In this document: positions 29,233 to 38,692 of the stretch, one piece after another
Layout of the letters: each line of letters starts with the position of its first letter
Position numbering within the stretch: position 1 is the first letter of the stretch
IMG/VR virus record: IMGVR_UViG_3300044591_002232
Coordinates: 124,001-188,000 of that record
Direction: 5' to 3' (one strand)
DNA: 64,000 nucleotides
Translations under genes and position numbers: made by a program
The notes under the pieces: generated by a model
The model's database searches: none
What the model was told of the DNA's origin: nothing
Seen by the model: the letters and a program-made list of their open reading frames with translations, nothing else

Positions 29233-29643
29233 ATGGACCCCAAAATTTTAATGCAGATAAACGAAATTTATCGCAACGAGGTTTATGCCGAGGAAACTCT
29301 TTCTGAGGCAAAAGCTGATGAAGGTCTAACTCCTCTTCAGAAAATTAGAAAAAGAAATAAAGAAGGAAATTTAGTAATGCCTGTTGGCGATCAAACTAGT
29401 GAACGTAGATCGTATCATAAAGCCGGAAGGGGAGAGAAAAAAGAAAAGGGTGCTAAAAGTGCTTTTGGTACTATGAGACATGTTGGTGGCCCCTATAATG
29501 AAGAATTAGACCTCTACGACATCGTTTCCGAGTATCTTGTCTCTGAAGGGTTCTGTGATTCTTATGAGGACGCTGGTGTAATTATGGCAAACATGTCGGA
29601 AGAATGGCGCGATGGTATTTTAGATGAGGTGACTGGTAGTTGA
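29233..29643 (+). CDS. Late modular acidic/basic protein, paralog of 25794-26627
   Basis: Shares 155 identical nt and the SEGFCDSYE..VIMANMSEEWR module. Confidence 0.7.
   Translation: MDPKILMQINEIYRNEVYAEETLSEAKADEGLTPLQKIRKRNKEGNLVMPVGDQTSERRSYHKAGRGEKKEKGAKSAFGTMRHVGGPYNEELDLYDIVSEYLVSEGFCDSYEDAGVIMANMSEEWRDGILDEVTGS
29292..29446 (+). repeat. 155-bp exact direct repeat, copy 2
   Basis: Identical to 25967-26121. Confidence 0.9.
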
Positions 29644-29844
29644 CAAATAAGATTTCGTAAAGGTCAATCCGGCAGATCTCCAAAAAATCTGGAATGGTGA
29701 TGACTCCACAAAAAAAAGCGGCCCTTAAGCCGGGAAGAATGGATGTAGATTCGACAACTGATCCGGAACGGAGAGCAAGACAGGCGAGAGTTGCATTACG
29801 TTAAAACTAAATAATTGATAATTACTTTATTTTGAGGAATTTTT

Positions 29845-30288
29845 ATGGCTAATTATGAAATGGATGGACAATATGTGCGTTGGAGTCCAGACCTTATGGT
29901 AGAAGTAGAACTGGAAACTCCAGATTCTTTTCTACTTGCAAAAGAAACACTAACCCGAATTGGGGTGGCTTCTAGGTATAAGAAAGAGCTTTTTCAGACG
30001 GCACATATTTTATATAAATCTGCGAAATATTATATTATTCATTATAAATTTGGGTTTGCACTGGATAATCGTCAGGCCACAATCACTGTAAACGATTTGG
30101 AAAGGCTTCACACGATTTCGGCGCTTTTGGAGCAGTGGGGTCTTGTAAAAATCAAAAACCCTGCACAGGTGGAGGATCGAGCGCCATTAAACCAGATAAA
30201 AATTATTTCTTTTGCGGATAAAACGAACTGGAATTTGGTTGAAAAATATTCTTTGGGTAAAAAAAAGGAGACTCCTCAAGTACGGTAA
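29845..30288 (+). CDS. regA: Translational repressor RegA
   Basis: PDSFLLAKETLTRIGVAS, HILYK..KYYIIH.K. Confidence 0.9.
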   Translation: MANYEMDGQYVRWSPDLMVEVELETPDSFLLAKETLTRIGVASRYKKELFQTAHILYKSAKYYIIHYKFGFALDNRQATITVNDLERLHTISALLEQWGLVKIKNPAQVEDRAPLNQIKIISFADKTNWNLVEKYSLGKKKETPQVR

Positions 30289-30450
30289 TCACCACTTATT
30301 ACATAATAAACTGGATCCCTCTTGTAGTAATTTAATACATTAGATATAAATACTTCTGGCTACCCACCCCATAACGTCGGCGCAACAAGACCTCTTGACA
30401 AAAGCCCAAGAGGTGCTATAATACGAGGGTCCACAGAGGCCCTCTTTTTC

Positions 30451-30702
30451 ATGAACATTAAACTAATTTTATTTCCAAATTCTCTGATTCTTATTTCTCA
30501 GATTATGGAAGTTGTCCCAGAAGATATTGGACAACCAGACTGTAAGATCATTGAACCTTTTGAGATTAAAGGTGACTTTTTAGAACCCTGGTTGATAAAT
30601 TACTCTACACAAAATACTTTTATGATGCATTCGGATAAATTCCTGACTATTGCTGATCCAAATTCTCCACTACTTGAAAAATATCAAGAACTTATTAAGT
30701 AA
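30451..30702 (+). CDS. Conserved hypothetical upstream of gp43
   Basis: LISQIMEV..DIGQPDCKIIEPF, FLEPWL; coupled to gp43. Confidence 0.65.
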   Translation: MNIKLILFPNSLILISQIMEVVPEDIGQPDCKIIEPFEIKGDFLEPWLINYSTQNTFMMHSDKFLTIADPNSPLLEKYQELIK

Positions 30703-33200
30703 TGTTTTATACAAGTGTTAAACAAATTGGAAGCTATGTTTATGAACGAGGTTATGATAATGAAGGAGTACCCTTTCAAGACAAGGTAGCCTTCAGACCC
30801 ACTTTTTATATTTCCTCTAACAAAGAATCCAATTGGAAAACATTGGATGGAAAAAACGTTGCCGCGATCAACCCCGGATCAATGTATGAATGTAGGGAAT
30901 GGCTTGAAAAGTACAAAGACGTTGACGGAATTTCTGTCTATGGTCATGAAACTGCGATTTATCAGTACCTTTCCGAAAAGTATCCAGAAGAGATTGAAGA
31001 TTTTAATATCAATAAAATCAGGCTTTATACACTTGATATTGAAACTGCCGCCGAACTTGGAGGATTTCCTGAACCAGATATCGCCCAGGAAGAAATTCTC
31101 CTGATTACTATTCAGGATTATTCAACCAAGAAAATTTATACCTGGGGAAGTCGGCCTTTTTCTGAGGTAATGGATAATTATGTTTATCAAGAATGTGCCA
31201 ATGAGGTCGATCTTCTTAATAAGTTCTTGACCTTCTGGGAGTCTAATTACCCGGATGTTGTGACTAGCTGGAACGGGAGTGGCTTCGATATTCCATACAT
31301 AATCAACCGAATCAAAAGAGTTCTTGGAACTGCCGATGCAAAAAGACTTTCTCCTTGGAAGTTTATCAGGGATCGTCAGGTCCAAAAAAACAACAGAACG
31401 GAAACACAATACGAAATTTATGGAGTAAGTCTTCTTGACTACATGGAGCTTTATAAAAAGTATTCATTCAAAAACCCAGAAAATTACAGACTGGATACTA
31501 TTGCCTATAATGAACTAGGCCAGAATAAACTGGATCACTCTCAGTATGAGACCTTTAAGGACTTTTATACTTACGGATGGGATACCTACGTCAAATATAA
31601 CAAGATTGACGTAGAACTGGTTGATCGGCTAGAAGAAAAACTTCAACTGATTAACATGGCGATTGATCTTGCTTATCAATCTAGGTCTAATTACGAAGAC
31701 GTTTTTTATCAGGTGCGAATGTGGGACAACATTATCTTCAATTACCTCAATAAAAAGAAGATTGCCATTCCACTTAAAAAGCAATCAAATAAGTCAGAAA
31801 AGTTTGCGGGTGCTTATGTAAAGGAGCCAATTCCAGGTCTTTATGGTTGGACAGTGACTCTTGACCTTACGTCACTCTACCCACATATTATGATGCAACA
31901 CAACGTGAGCCCTGAGACTCTTATAGACCAACCATTTCCTTCAATATCTGTTGATAAGATTGTTAAAAAACAAGTAGATACATCAATCTATCCAGAGTAT
32001 TCAATTTGCCCTAATGGTTCAATGTATTCAAAAGAACGTCAGGGTTTTATTCCGGCCATTCTTGAGGACATGTATGAAAAAAGAAAGCAATACAAGAATC
32101 TCCAGATCGCCGCCGAAAAGGAATACGAAAAATCTAAAGACAATTCCTTAAGATATAAAATCTCTAATTATAAGGTAAAGCAATTGAGTCTTAAGGTCTG
32201 TCTAAACAGTGGTTACGGGGCTCTTGGATCTCCATATTTTAGGTTTTATGAACTAAGAAATGCCGAGGCCATTACCTCATCAGGTCAACTTGCCCTCAAA
32301 TGGATCGAGAATAAACTAAACATTTATTTCAATAAACTCCTTAAGACTGAAAAAGTTGACTACTGCATTTATGGTGATACTGATTCAGTGATGCTCAATG
32401 TTGATCCACTAGTCAATAAAATATTTGAAGGAAAAGACGCCTCAAAAGAAAAGATTGTTAATTTTATTAACACCATATTTTCAACCAAGATTCAAGAATA
32501 CATCAATGAGTCTTATACTGAACTAGCCAATTATCTTCATGCTTATAAAAACAAGCTACACATGAAGAGAGAAAAAATTGCCGATAAGTTTCTTATTACA
32601 GGCAAAAAGCATTACATTATCAATGTATGGGATAATGAAGGAGTAAGGTATTCTGAGCCAAAGATTTCTGTTACTGGGATTGAGGCGGTCAAGTCTTCTA
32701 CTCCGGCCTTTTGCCGTGATAAACTTAATGCGGCCTTTAAGGTTTTAATGAATTATACCGAAGAGGACATGATTAAATTTGTTGAAGAATCTAAAAAAGA
32801 GTTCTTCAAACTTGATCCTGAAGAAGTGGCATTTCCAAAAGGTGTATCAGACGTGACCAAATTTTCGTCAACAACCTCCCTATATAAAAAGGGAACACCT
32901 ATCCATGTACGAGGTTCCATCCTATACAACAACAGCCTCAAAAAACATGGCCTGGAGAACAAATACAACTTTATATCCAACGGCGAAAAGATAAAATATT
33001 GCTACTTGAAGATGCCCAATCCGATCATGGAAAATGTGATTGGATTTATACAGACTCTACCAAAAGAATTCGGTCTACATGCTTACGTGGATTATGAGAC
33101 CCAGTTCGATAAAACTTTTGTGCAACCGTTAAAGGCAATATTGGATATTATTGGTTGGAAAACAGAAGAAACAATTACACTCGATCAATTTTTCATTTAA
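30702..33200 (+). CDS. gp43: Family B DNA polymerase, uninterrupted
   Basis: LDIET exonuclease motif, DLTSLYPH, KVCLNSGYG, YGDTDS. Confidence 0.97.
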   Translation: MFYTSVKQIGSYVYERGYDNEGVPFQDKVAFRPTFYISSNKESNWKTLDGKNVAAINPGSMYECREWLEKYKDVDGISVYGHETAIYQYLSEKYPEEIEDFNINKIRLYTLDIETAAELGGFPEPDIAQEEILLITIQDYSTKKIYTWGSRPFSEVMDNYVYQECANEVDLLNKFLTFWESNYPDVVTSWNGSGFDIPYIINRIKRVLGTADAKRLSPWKFIRDRQVQKNNRTETQYEIYGVSLLDYMELYKKYSFKNPENYRLDTIAYNELGQNKLDHSQYETFKDFYTYGWDTYVKYNKIDVELVDRLEEKLQLINMAIDLAYQSRSNYEDVFYQVRMWDNIIFNYLNKKKIAIPLKKQSNKSEKFAGAYVKEPIPGLYGWTVTLDLTSLYPHIMMQHNVSPETLIDQPFPSISVDKIVKKQVDTSIYPEYSICPNGSMYSKERQGFIPAILEDMYEKRKQYKNLQIAAEKEYEKSKDNSLRYKISNYKVKQLSLKVCLNSGYGALGSPYFRFYELRNAEAITSSGQLALKWIENKLNIYFNKLLKTEKVDYCIYGDTDSVMLNVDPLVNKIFEGKDASKEKIVNFINTIFSTKIQEYINESYTELANYLHAYKNKLHMKREKIADKFLITGKKHYIINVWDNEGVRYSEPKISVTGIEAVKSSTPAFCRDKLNAAFKVLMNYTEEDMIKFVEESKKEFFKLDPEEVAFPKGVSDVTKFSSTTSLYKKGTPIHVRGSILYNNSLKKHGLENKYNFISNGEKIKYCYLKMPNPIMENVIGFIQTLPKEFGLHAYVDYETQFDKTFVQPLKAILDIIGWKTEETITLDQFFI

Positions 33201-33205
33201 AACTT

Positions 33206-34261
33206 ATGGAATTTTTAGAAAATCTTATTAAGGAAGTCGGCTCAGAATATGCTCAACTAGCCGAAGATATTAGTGAAGACGAAATTTATGTAGATACTGG
33301 GTCATTTATGCTTAATGCCCTTGTCAGTGGTTCTCTTTTCGGGGGAGTTTCTGGTAATAAAATTACTACATTTTCTGGGGCGAACGCATCGGGAAAAACT
33401 TTCTTCTCTCTTGCTGTAGTCAAGAATTACTTAGAAATGAATCCAGAAGGATATTGTCTTTATTTTGACACTGAGGCTGCCGTTACTAGAAAAATGCTAT
33501 CGGAAAAGGGAATTGACCTTTCAAGGGTAGTAGTTTTAAACGTGGTTACTGTGGAAGAATTTAGAACTAAGGCTCTTAAGGCGGTTGACATTTATATGAA
33601 GAAGCCAGAGGAAGAAAGAAGACCATGTATGTTTGTTCTTGATTCTCTTGGGATGCTTTCGACTAATAAGGAGATTAATGATACCCTTGCTGGTGAAGAA
33701 AAACGTGATATGACAAGAGCCCAACTTACAAAGGCGGCGTTTAGAATGCTTACACTTAAACTTGGTAAGGCAAACATTCCAATGATTGTGACCAATCACA
33801 TTTATGCAAATGTGGGAGGTTATGGTCCGGCATTTGTTCAAAGTTCTGGTTCTGGAATGCAATATTCGGCTTCTACAATTGTTGAATTAACCAAATCTAA
33901 AGAAAAAGACGGAACCGAAATCGTTGGTAGTATTATTAAGGCCAAAACATTTAAGTCTCGTTTAAGTAGAGAGAATCAAGAAGTATCAGTACGTTTATAC
34001 TATGATCATCGCGGACTCGACCGTTACTACGGACTTTTGGACATCGGTGAGGAATCTGGTATAATTCCCAGGGTCGGCAACCGTTATGAGATCAACGGTA
34101 AAAAGATTGGCAAAAACGTCATTTATGCAAATCCAGAAGAATATTTTACTCCTGAACTTCTTGAGAAATTAGATGCTTATGCCCAGAAGAAATTCAAGTA
34201 TGGCTCTTCTTTAACCGAAGATCCGGTAGTTGAACAAGAACCGGAACCAATTGATGATTGA
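33206..34261 (+). CDS. uvsX: RecA-like recombinase
   Basis: GANASGKT, FDTEAA, VLDSLG, RGLDRYYGLL. Confidence 0.92.
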   Translation: MEFLENLIKEVGSEYAQLAEDISEDEIYVDTGSFMLNALVSGSLFGGVSGNKITTFSGANASGKTFFSLAVVKNYLEMNPEGYCLYFDTEAAVTRKMLSEKGIDLSRVVVLNVVTVEEFRTKALKAVDIYMKKPEEERRPCMFVLDSLGMLSTNKEINDTLAGEEKRDMTRAQLTKAAFRMLTLKLGKANIPMIVTNHIYANVGGYGPAFVQSSGSGMQYSASTIVELTKSKEKDGTEIVGSIIKAKTFKSRLSRENQEVSVRLYYDHRGLDRYYGLLDIGEESGIIPRVGNRYEINGKKIGKNVIYANPEEYFTPELLEKLDAYAQKKFKYGSSLTEDPVVEQEPEPIDD

Positions 34262-34811
34262 ACTAAATGATCTAATTCAGCTATATCCCAATGCAATTGA
34301 GGATAATGTTTGTGATTTCTTAATTAACTTTTTTGAGTCCCAGTACCATCTTCAAGAAAAAATTGAAAATGATGGGACTCCAAATTTCACTCAAGTTAAT
34401 CTTACAGAAAATTGCAAAATCACCGATGAAGTCAATACTGTTCATAATTACATAATCTCAAAAACTTTTGAGTATAAAAATAAGTATTATGAATATGTTG
34501 ATGATCGGTGCTTTCCTGAAAAACACAATTTTGAGCAGTTTAGAATTAAAAGATATAAAAATAATGGAGATGAATTCTTTAATACGCATGTAGACGTTCT
34601 CGATTATAATTCTGCTAGAAGATTTTTATCTTTTACTTATTATCTTAACACTGTGGAGCTTGGTGGAGAGACATCTTTTACCAATTTTAGAGTCAATCCC
34701 ACCAAGGGTTCTCTACTAATATTTCCTCCCATGTGGATGTTCCCCCATAAAGGAGAAGTCCCAGTGACCAATGACAAATACATCCTAACAGGATACTTAC
34801 ATTATAAATGA
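34254..34811 (+). CDS. 2OG-Fe(II) oxygenase
   Basis: HVD (HxD), YLNTVELGGETSF, FPPMWMFPHKG, KY. Confidence 0.85.
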   Translation: MIELNDLIQLYPNAIEDNVCDFLINFFESQYHLQEKIENDGTPNFTQVNLTENCKITDEVNTVHNYIISKTFEYKNKYYEYVDDRCFPEKHNFEQFRIKRYKNNGDEFFNTHVDVLDYNSARRFLSFTYYLNTVELGGETSFTNFRVNPTKGSLLIFPPMWMFPHKGEVPVTNDKYILTGYLHYK

Positions 34812-36178
34812 TGGATAAAGTCGAACTACTGATTTTAAAAAACTTAATATATAATGAAGAATTTGTACGAAAAATTCTACCTTACCTAAAATCTGAATAT
34901 TTTCAGAATTATTCAGAAAAAGTGATTTTTGAAGAAATTCAAGAATTCTTTTCTTCTTATAATCAACTACCAACCAAAGAAGCAATTGAGATTGAAATTG
35001 AGAACAGGACTGATTTAACTGAACAGTCCTTTAAGGATTGTATGGAGATTACTTCTGGGCTTGATTACAATCCAGTAGAAAGTGAATGGCTTTTTGCGAC
35101 CACCGAAAAGTGGTGTAAAGATCGGGCGATTTATCTGGCCCTTATGGAATCTATCCATATTGCGGATGGCGGTGACTCGAAAAGAAATCGAGATGCTATT
35201 CCTTCTATCTTACAAGAGGCACTTTCTGTTTCATTTGATATATCAATTGGGCATGACTATATCGAAGACGTTGAGGCTCGTTATGAGTTTTATCATAAAA
35301 AAGATCTTAAAATTCCTTTTGATGTTGATTATCTTAACAGAATTACAGATGGTGGTTTATCACCCAAAACTTTAAATCTTTTTGTGGCACCGCCTGGTGT
35401 TGGTAAAAGTCTTTTTCTTTGCCATTTTTCAGCGGCAACTCTTCTTCAAGGAAAGAATGTCTTATACATCACTCTTGAAATGGCCGAGGAGAGAATTGCA
35501 GAACGAATTGATGCCAATCTTCTTGATGTACCGGTTCAAGATATTTCAAAATTATCAAAAGAGCAGTTTTTAAGTAAGACAACTCAATTGAGTAAAAAGA
35601 CTCAAGGTAAACTTATCATTAAGGAGTATCCACCCGGAACTGCAAGTGCAAATCATTTTAAAGTATTATTGAAAGAACTTGAAATGAAAAAGAATTTTAT
35701 TCCTGATGCAATTGTAATTGATTATTTAAATCTCTGTTCTTCATCTAGATATAAAACAAGCACTTCCAATTCTTACACTTATGTAAAATCTATTGCAGAA
35801 GAATTGAGGGGATTGGGCGTGGAATATAATATACCAACAGTCTCGGCGGCACAATTTAATCGTGAAGGTAGCTCCACAAGCGATTCTTCCATGGAAAATG
35901 TATCAGATTCTTATGGTATTGCATTTACTGCTGATTTATTGTTGGCTCTTATTTCAACAGAAGAACTAGAACAGATGAATCAACTTCTTGTCAAACAATT
36001 AAAAAATCGTTATGCTCCTTTGGATCGGTATCGTAAATTTGTGGTGGGGGTTGACAGATCCAAGATGAGGGTGTATGATGTGGATCAGTCGGCCCAAGAG
36101 GAACTGATTGAAAATAGAATATCAAATAATGATTCACCAGATTTAAAATCCAAATTTAAAACTATTAACTTTGATTAA
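34808..36178 (+). CDS. gp41: Replicative DnaB-like helicase
   Basis: APPGVGKS, YITLEMAEERIAERID, IDYLN, KQLKNRY. Confidence 0.95.
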   Translation: MMDKVELLILKNLIYNEEFVRKILPYLKSEYFQNYSEKVIFEEIQEFFSSYNQLPTKEAIEIEIENRTDLTEQSFKDCMEITSGLDYNPVESEWLFATTEKWCKDRAIYLALMESIHIADGGDSKRNRDAIPSILQEALSVSFDISIGHDYIEDVEARYEFYHKKDLKIPFDVDYLNRITDGGLSPKTLNLFVAPPGVGKSLFLCHFSAATLLQGKNVLYITLEMAEERIAERIDANLLDVPVQDISKLSKEQFLSKTTQLSKKTQGKLIIKEYPPGTASANHFKVLLKELEMKKNFIPDAIVIDYLNLCSSSRYKTSTSNSYTYVKSIAEELRGLGVEYNIPTVSAAQFNREGSSTSDSSMENVSDSYGIAFTADLLLALISTEELEQMNQLLVKQLKNRYAPLDRYRKFVVGVDRSKMRVYDVDQSAQEELIENRISNNDSPDLKSKFKTINFD

Positions 36179-36183
36179 TTATT

Positions 36184-36597
36184 ATGACTAACCAAAAAAT
36201 TAACAGCACAGAATATATTGAGTTTGTAAAGAAAACAACGAGTCCTGCAAGTTCGGATGTTGATGTTCTTATTGATCGAATTCGTGAACTTGATGGTGAG
36301 GGTGTTAAGCTGACTCATCTACTTACATTTGCTTTAGGAGCATCTGCTGAACTAGGAGAAGCGGTTGAAATTATTAAAAAATGTCTCTTACAAGGTAAAA
36401 AATTCGATAAAGAGGCTCAAATCCATTGTTTAAAAGAAATTTCTGACTGCCACTGGTATTTTGCTCAGTTTTGCATTGCAATGGGTGTAGATTTTGAGGA
36501 TATTATGCAGATAAATTTCGATAAACTTTCCGCACGATATCCAGAAGGCCATTTTACTGTCGAACGCTCCGAAAACCGACGAGAAGGAGATATTTGA
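36184..36597 (+). CDS. mazG: MazG-like NTP pyrophosphohydrolase
   Basis: AELGEAVEIIKK, KEISD..WY, KLSARYPEG. Confidence 0.85.
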   Translation: MTNQKINSTEYIEFVKKTTSPASSDVDVLIDRIRELDGEGVKLTHLLTFALGASAELGEAVEIIKKCLLQGKKFDKEAQIHCLKEISDCHWYFAQFCIAMGVDFEDIMQINFDKLSARYPEGHFTVERSENRREGDI

Positions 36598-36598
36598 A

Positions 36599-36754
36599 AT
36601 GGTTGAATTAAAAAACACTCTTAAATCTCTTAGAAGTGAGTTAGAAAAAGTAAACGAAAGACAAAAAGAATTACACCATGAAATTTATAATATCCAAAAA
36701 AAACTTGGTTATTATGCTAAAAATGAAATTCTTTATGGTGTAGAGTATGATTAA
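36599..36754 (+). CDS. Small coiled-coil hypothetical (51 aa)
   Basis: Read by eye directly after mazG. Confidence 0.4.
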   Translation: MVELKNTLKSLRSELEKVNERQKELHHEIYNIQKKLGYYAKNEILYGVEYD

Positions 36755-36789
36755 TTATGACTCTAAAAGGTAAATAGTCTATCAATTTT

Positions 36790-36812
36790 AAGCGCCATCT
36801 AGGCGCTTTTTT
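36790..36812 (+). terminator. Intrinsic terminator
   Basis: AGCGCC-ATCTA-GGCGCT plus T run. Confidence 0.75.
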
Positions 36813-36843
36813 GTTACTAAATAACTAAAACAATTGTAGTAAA

Positions 36844-37458
36844 ATGCAAGAACTAGTAGACTTTCTTATCGAAGAAAGATATTGTAACAGTGAATTAGAG
36901 GCCGTAAAGATTCTAGAATCAGTAAGTGATAGTTTTTATGAGTATCTTATTGAGGCTCAAATATCTGCTATTAATGCAACTGCCAAGGCAAGAAAAGAGA
37001 TGGATGCTGAAATGCGAAGAGCAGCATCCCCCACCTTTAATCCAAAAAAAGTAAGTCATCTTAGAAAAAAAATAACCGGACTAAAGGGACCTGTTGCTAC
37101 AGAATTGGCTCAAAGAAGTGGAAGTAAAAGTTCCCAAAAAACTCCAACTGGTCCAAGAGGAGAAAGAGCCCAAACTAGTGATATTGCAACAACCAGAACC
37201 GCCGCATCTAGAACTGATCGTCCCATGACAGGATCAAGACTTAATGATCCTCGTTTTGCTGCAGCAGCAGAGAGAGAAGTATCTAGGCAAACAAATACTT
37301 CACCAGAAGTAGATAGAGCCGGATTTGCATCTAGACAATCTACCGGTGTGAGAAGAACAGGTAAATATACAAGCATGTCAGCAAGTGGAGCAACCTCCGC
37401 ACTACCGAATCTTGGTCAATCTAGAACTGGAGCCAGATTCCCTAGGCAACGTGGATAA
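36844..37458 (+). CDS. Late protein: acidic N-module plus R/S/A-rich basic region
   Basis: MQELVDFLIEERYCNSELEAVKILESVSDSFYEYLIE; late promoter 36817. Confidence 0.65.
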   Translation: MQELVDFLIEERYCNSELEAVKILESVSDSFYEYLIEAQISAINATAKARKEMDAEMRRAASPTFNPKKVSHLRKKITGLKGPVATELAQRSGSKSSQKTPTGPRGERAQTSDIATTRTAASRTDRPMTGSRLNDPRFAAAAEREVSRQTNTSPEVDRAGFASRQSTGVRRTGKYTSMSASGATSALPNLGQSRTGARFPRQRG

Positions 37459-37460
37459 TT

Positions 37461-38669
37461 ATGAAAAAGTACTTTGAATTTCTATATGAGGCCAGAGGTT
37501 CCCAAGCCTCAGAAAAGGCCCTAAATCTAGGTCTTGCATCTGACGGTCACGGATATTGGGTAGATAGATCCGGTCGTAAGGTTGCAAAAACCGAAGGTGG
37601 TCAATTGGTTTTTATAAAAGGAAAATCCCCAGCAGCCGAAAAGGCCGCCCCACCTTCTGCATCAATGAAACCTTCCGCAAGAACCGCCACACCTCTTGCA
37701 AAAAGGCAACCACCCGAAAGACAAGTCTCGCCACCAAAAGAACAAGAAAAGGCCCCAGAACCAGAAACTCAAGAAGTTCTCACAGTTGTTTTTGGGAGAT
37801 TTAATCCACCAACAATTGGTCATGAAAAGCTATTAAAGAAGGCTAAAGAAATAGCCCAATCGGGTGATCTAAAGATCTATCCTTCAAGGTCATATGGAGA
37901 TCCTTCCAACCCTTTAAGTCCTTCTGATAAGATTTATTATATGAGAAAGGCCTTTCCAAAATTTGCTGATAATATCATCAATGATGATGATATGAAAACA
38001 ATTTTTGATGTTCTTAAATTGGCCGATGAAGAAGGCTATGAAACTGTTAATCTTGTAACCGGTGCAAAGAGAAGATCGGAATTTGATCGTCTAGCAAATC
38101 AATACAATGGAGAAATTTATAATCTTGCAGATATTAATGTAATTGCCCTTCCTAGTGAGGATCCAGATCTAGAAAATAGCCCTAATCCATCTTCTTCTGC
38201 AAGACTCAGAAAGGCAGCCCTAGAAGATGATTTCTTTGCATTCCAAAGAGGTCTCCCAAAAACATTAAATGCAAAGCAACAGCAGGCCCTATTTTTTGCT
38301 GTTCAGAGGGCTCTTTCAGGTGAGAAAAAGGAATCCTGGAAAATAGATCCATCCTCAAATTATGAGATTCTTAAAGAAGAATATTATAAAGAAAATATTT
38401 ATAAAACCGGGGACCTTATTGAAAATCTCAATACTGGGCTAACTGGTAAAATTATAAGAAGAGGTCCTAACTACGTCATTTGTGTAAATGAGGATTTGAA
38501 TATTATGTTTAAGTCTTGGATCGAGGATATTAAAGAATGGACCGATGTTTCTGGTGTTCCTGCCGAACAGAGAGAGGTGGGTACTGACGCTTACAGGGAA
38601 TATGCTATGAAGATGACTGGAATGAAAGTAATTCAAAATTTCATTAAGAAGAGAAAAAGTTCTAAATAG
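37461..38669 (+). CDS. Cytidyltransferase-like (HIGH-family) protein of cyanomyoviruses
   Basis: FGRFNPPTIGHEKLL, NPLSPSDKI, SSSARLRKAA. Confidence 0.85.
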   Translation: MKKYFEFLYEARGSQASEKALNLGLASDGHGYWVDRSGRKVAKTEGGQLVFIKGKSPAAEKAAPPSASMKPSARTATPLAKRQPPERQVSPPKEQEKAPEPETQEVLTVVFGRFNPPTIGHEKLLKKAKEIAQSGDLKIYPSRSYGDPSNPLSPSDKIYYMRKAFPKFADNIINDDDMKTIFDVLKLADEEGYETVNLVTGAKRRSEFDRLANQYNGEIYNLADINVIALPSEDPDLENSPNPSSSARLRKAALEDDFFAFQRGLPKTLNAKQQQALFFAVQRALSGEKKESWKIDPSSNYEILKEEYYKENIYKTGDLIENLNTGLTGKIIRRGPNYVICVNEDLNIMFKSWIEDIKEWTDVSGVPAEQREVGTDAYREYAMKMTGMKVIQNFIKKRKSSK

Positions 38670-38692
38670 TAATAAATCGCAAATAATTTCTT

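Noticed and set aside
30702-36178. Inteins or introns in gp43, uvsX or gp41
   Set aside because: Lengths and motifs are continuous; no insertions seen
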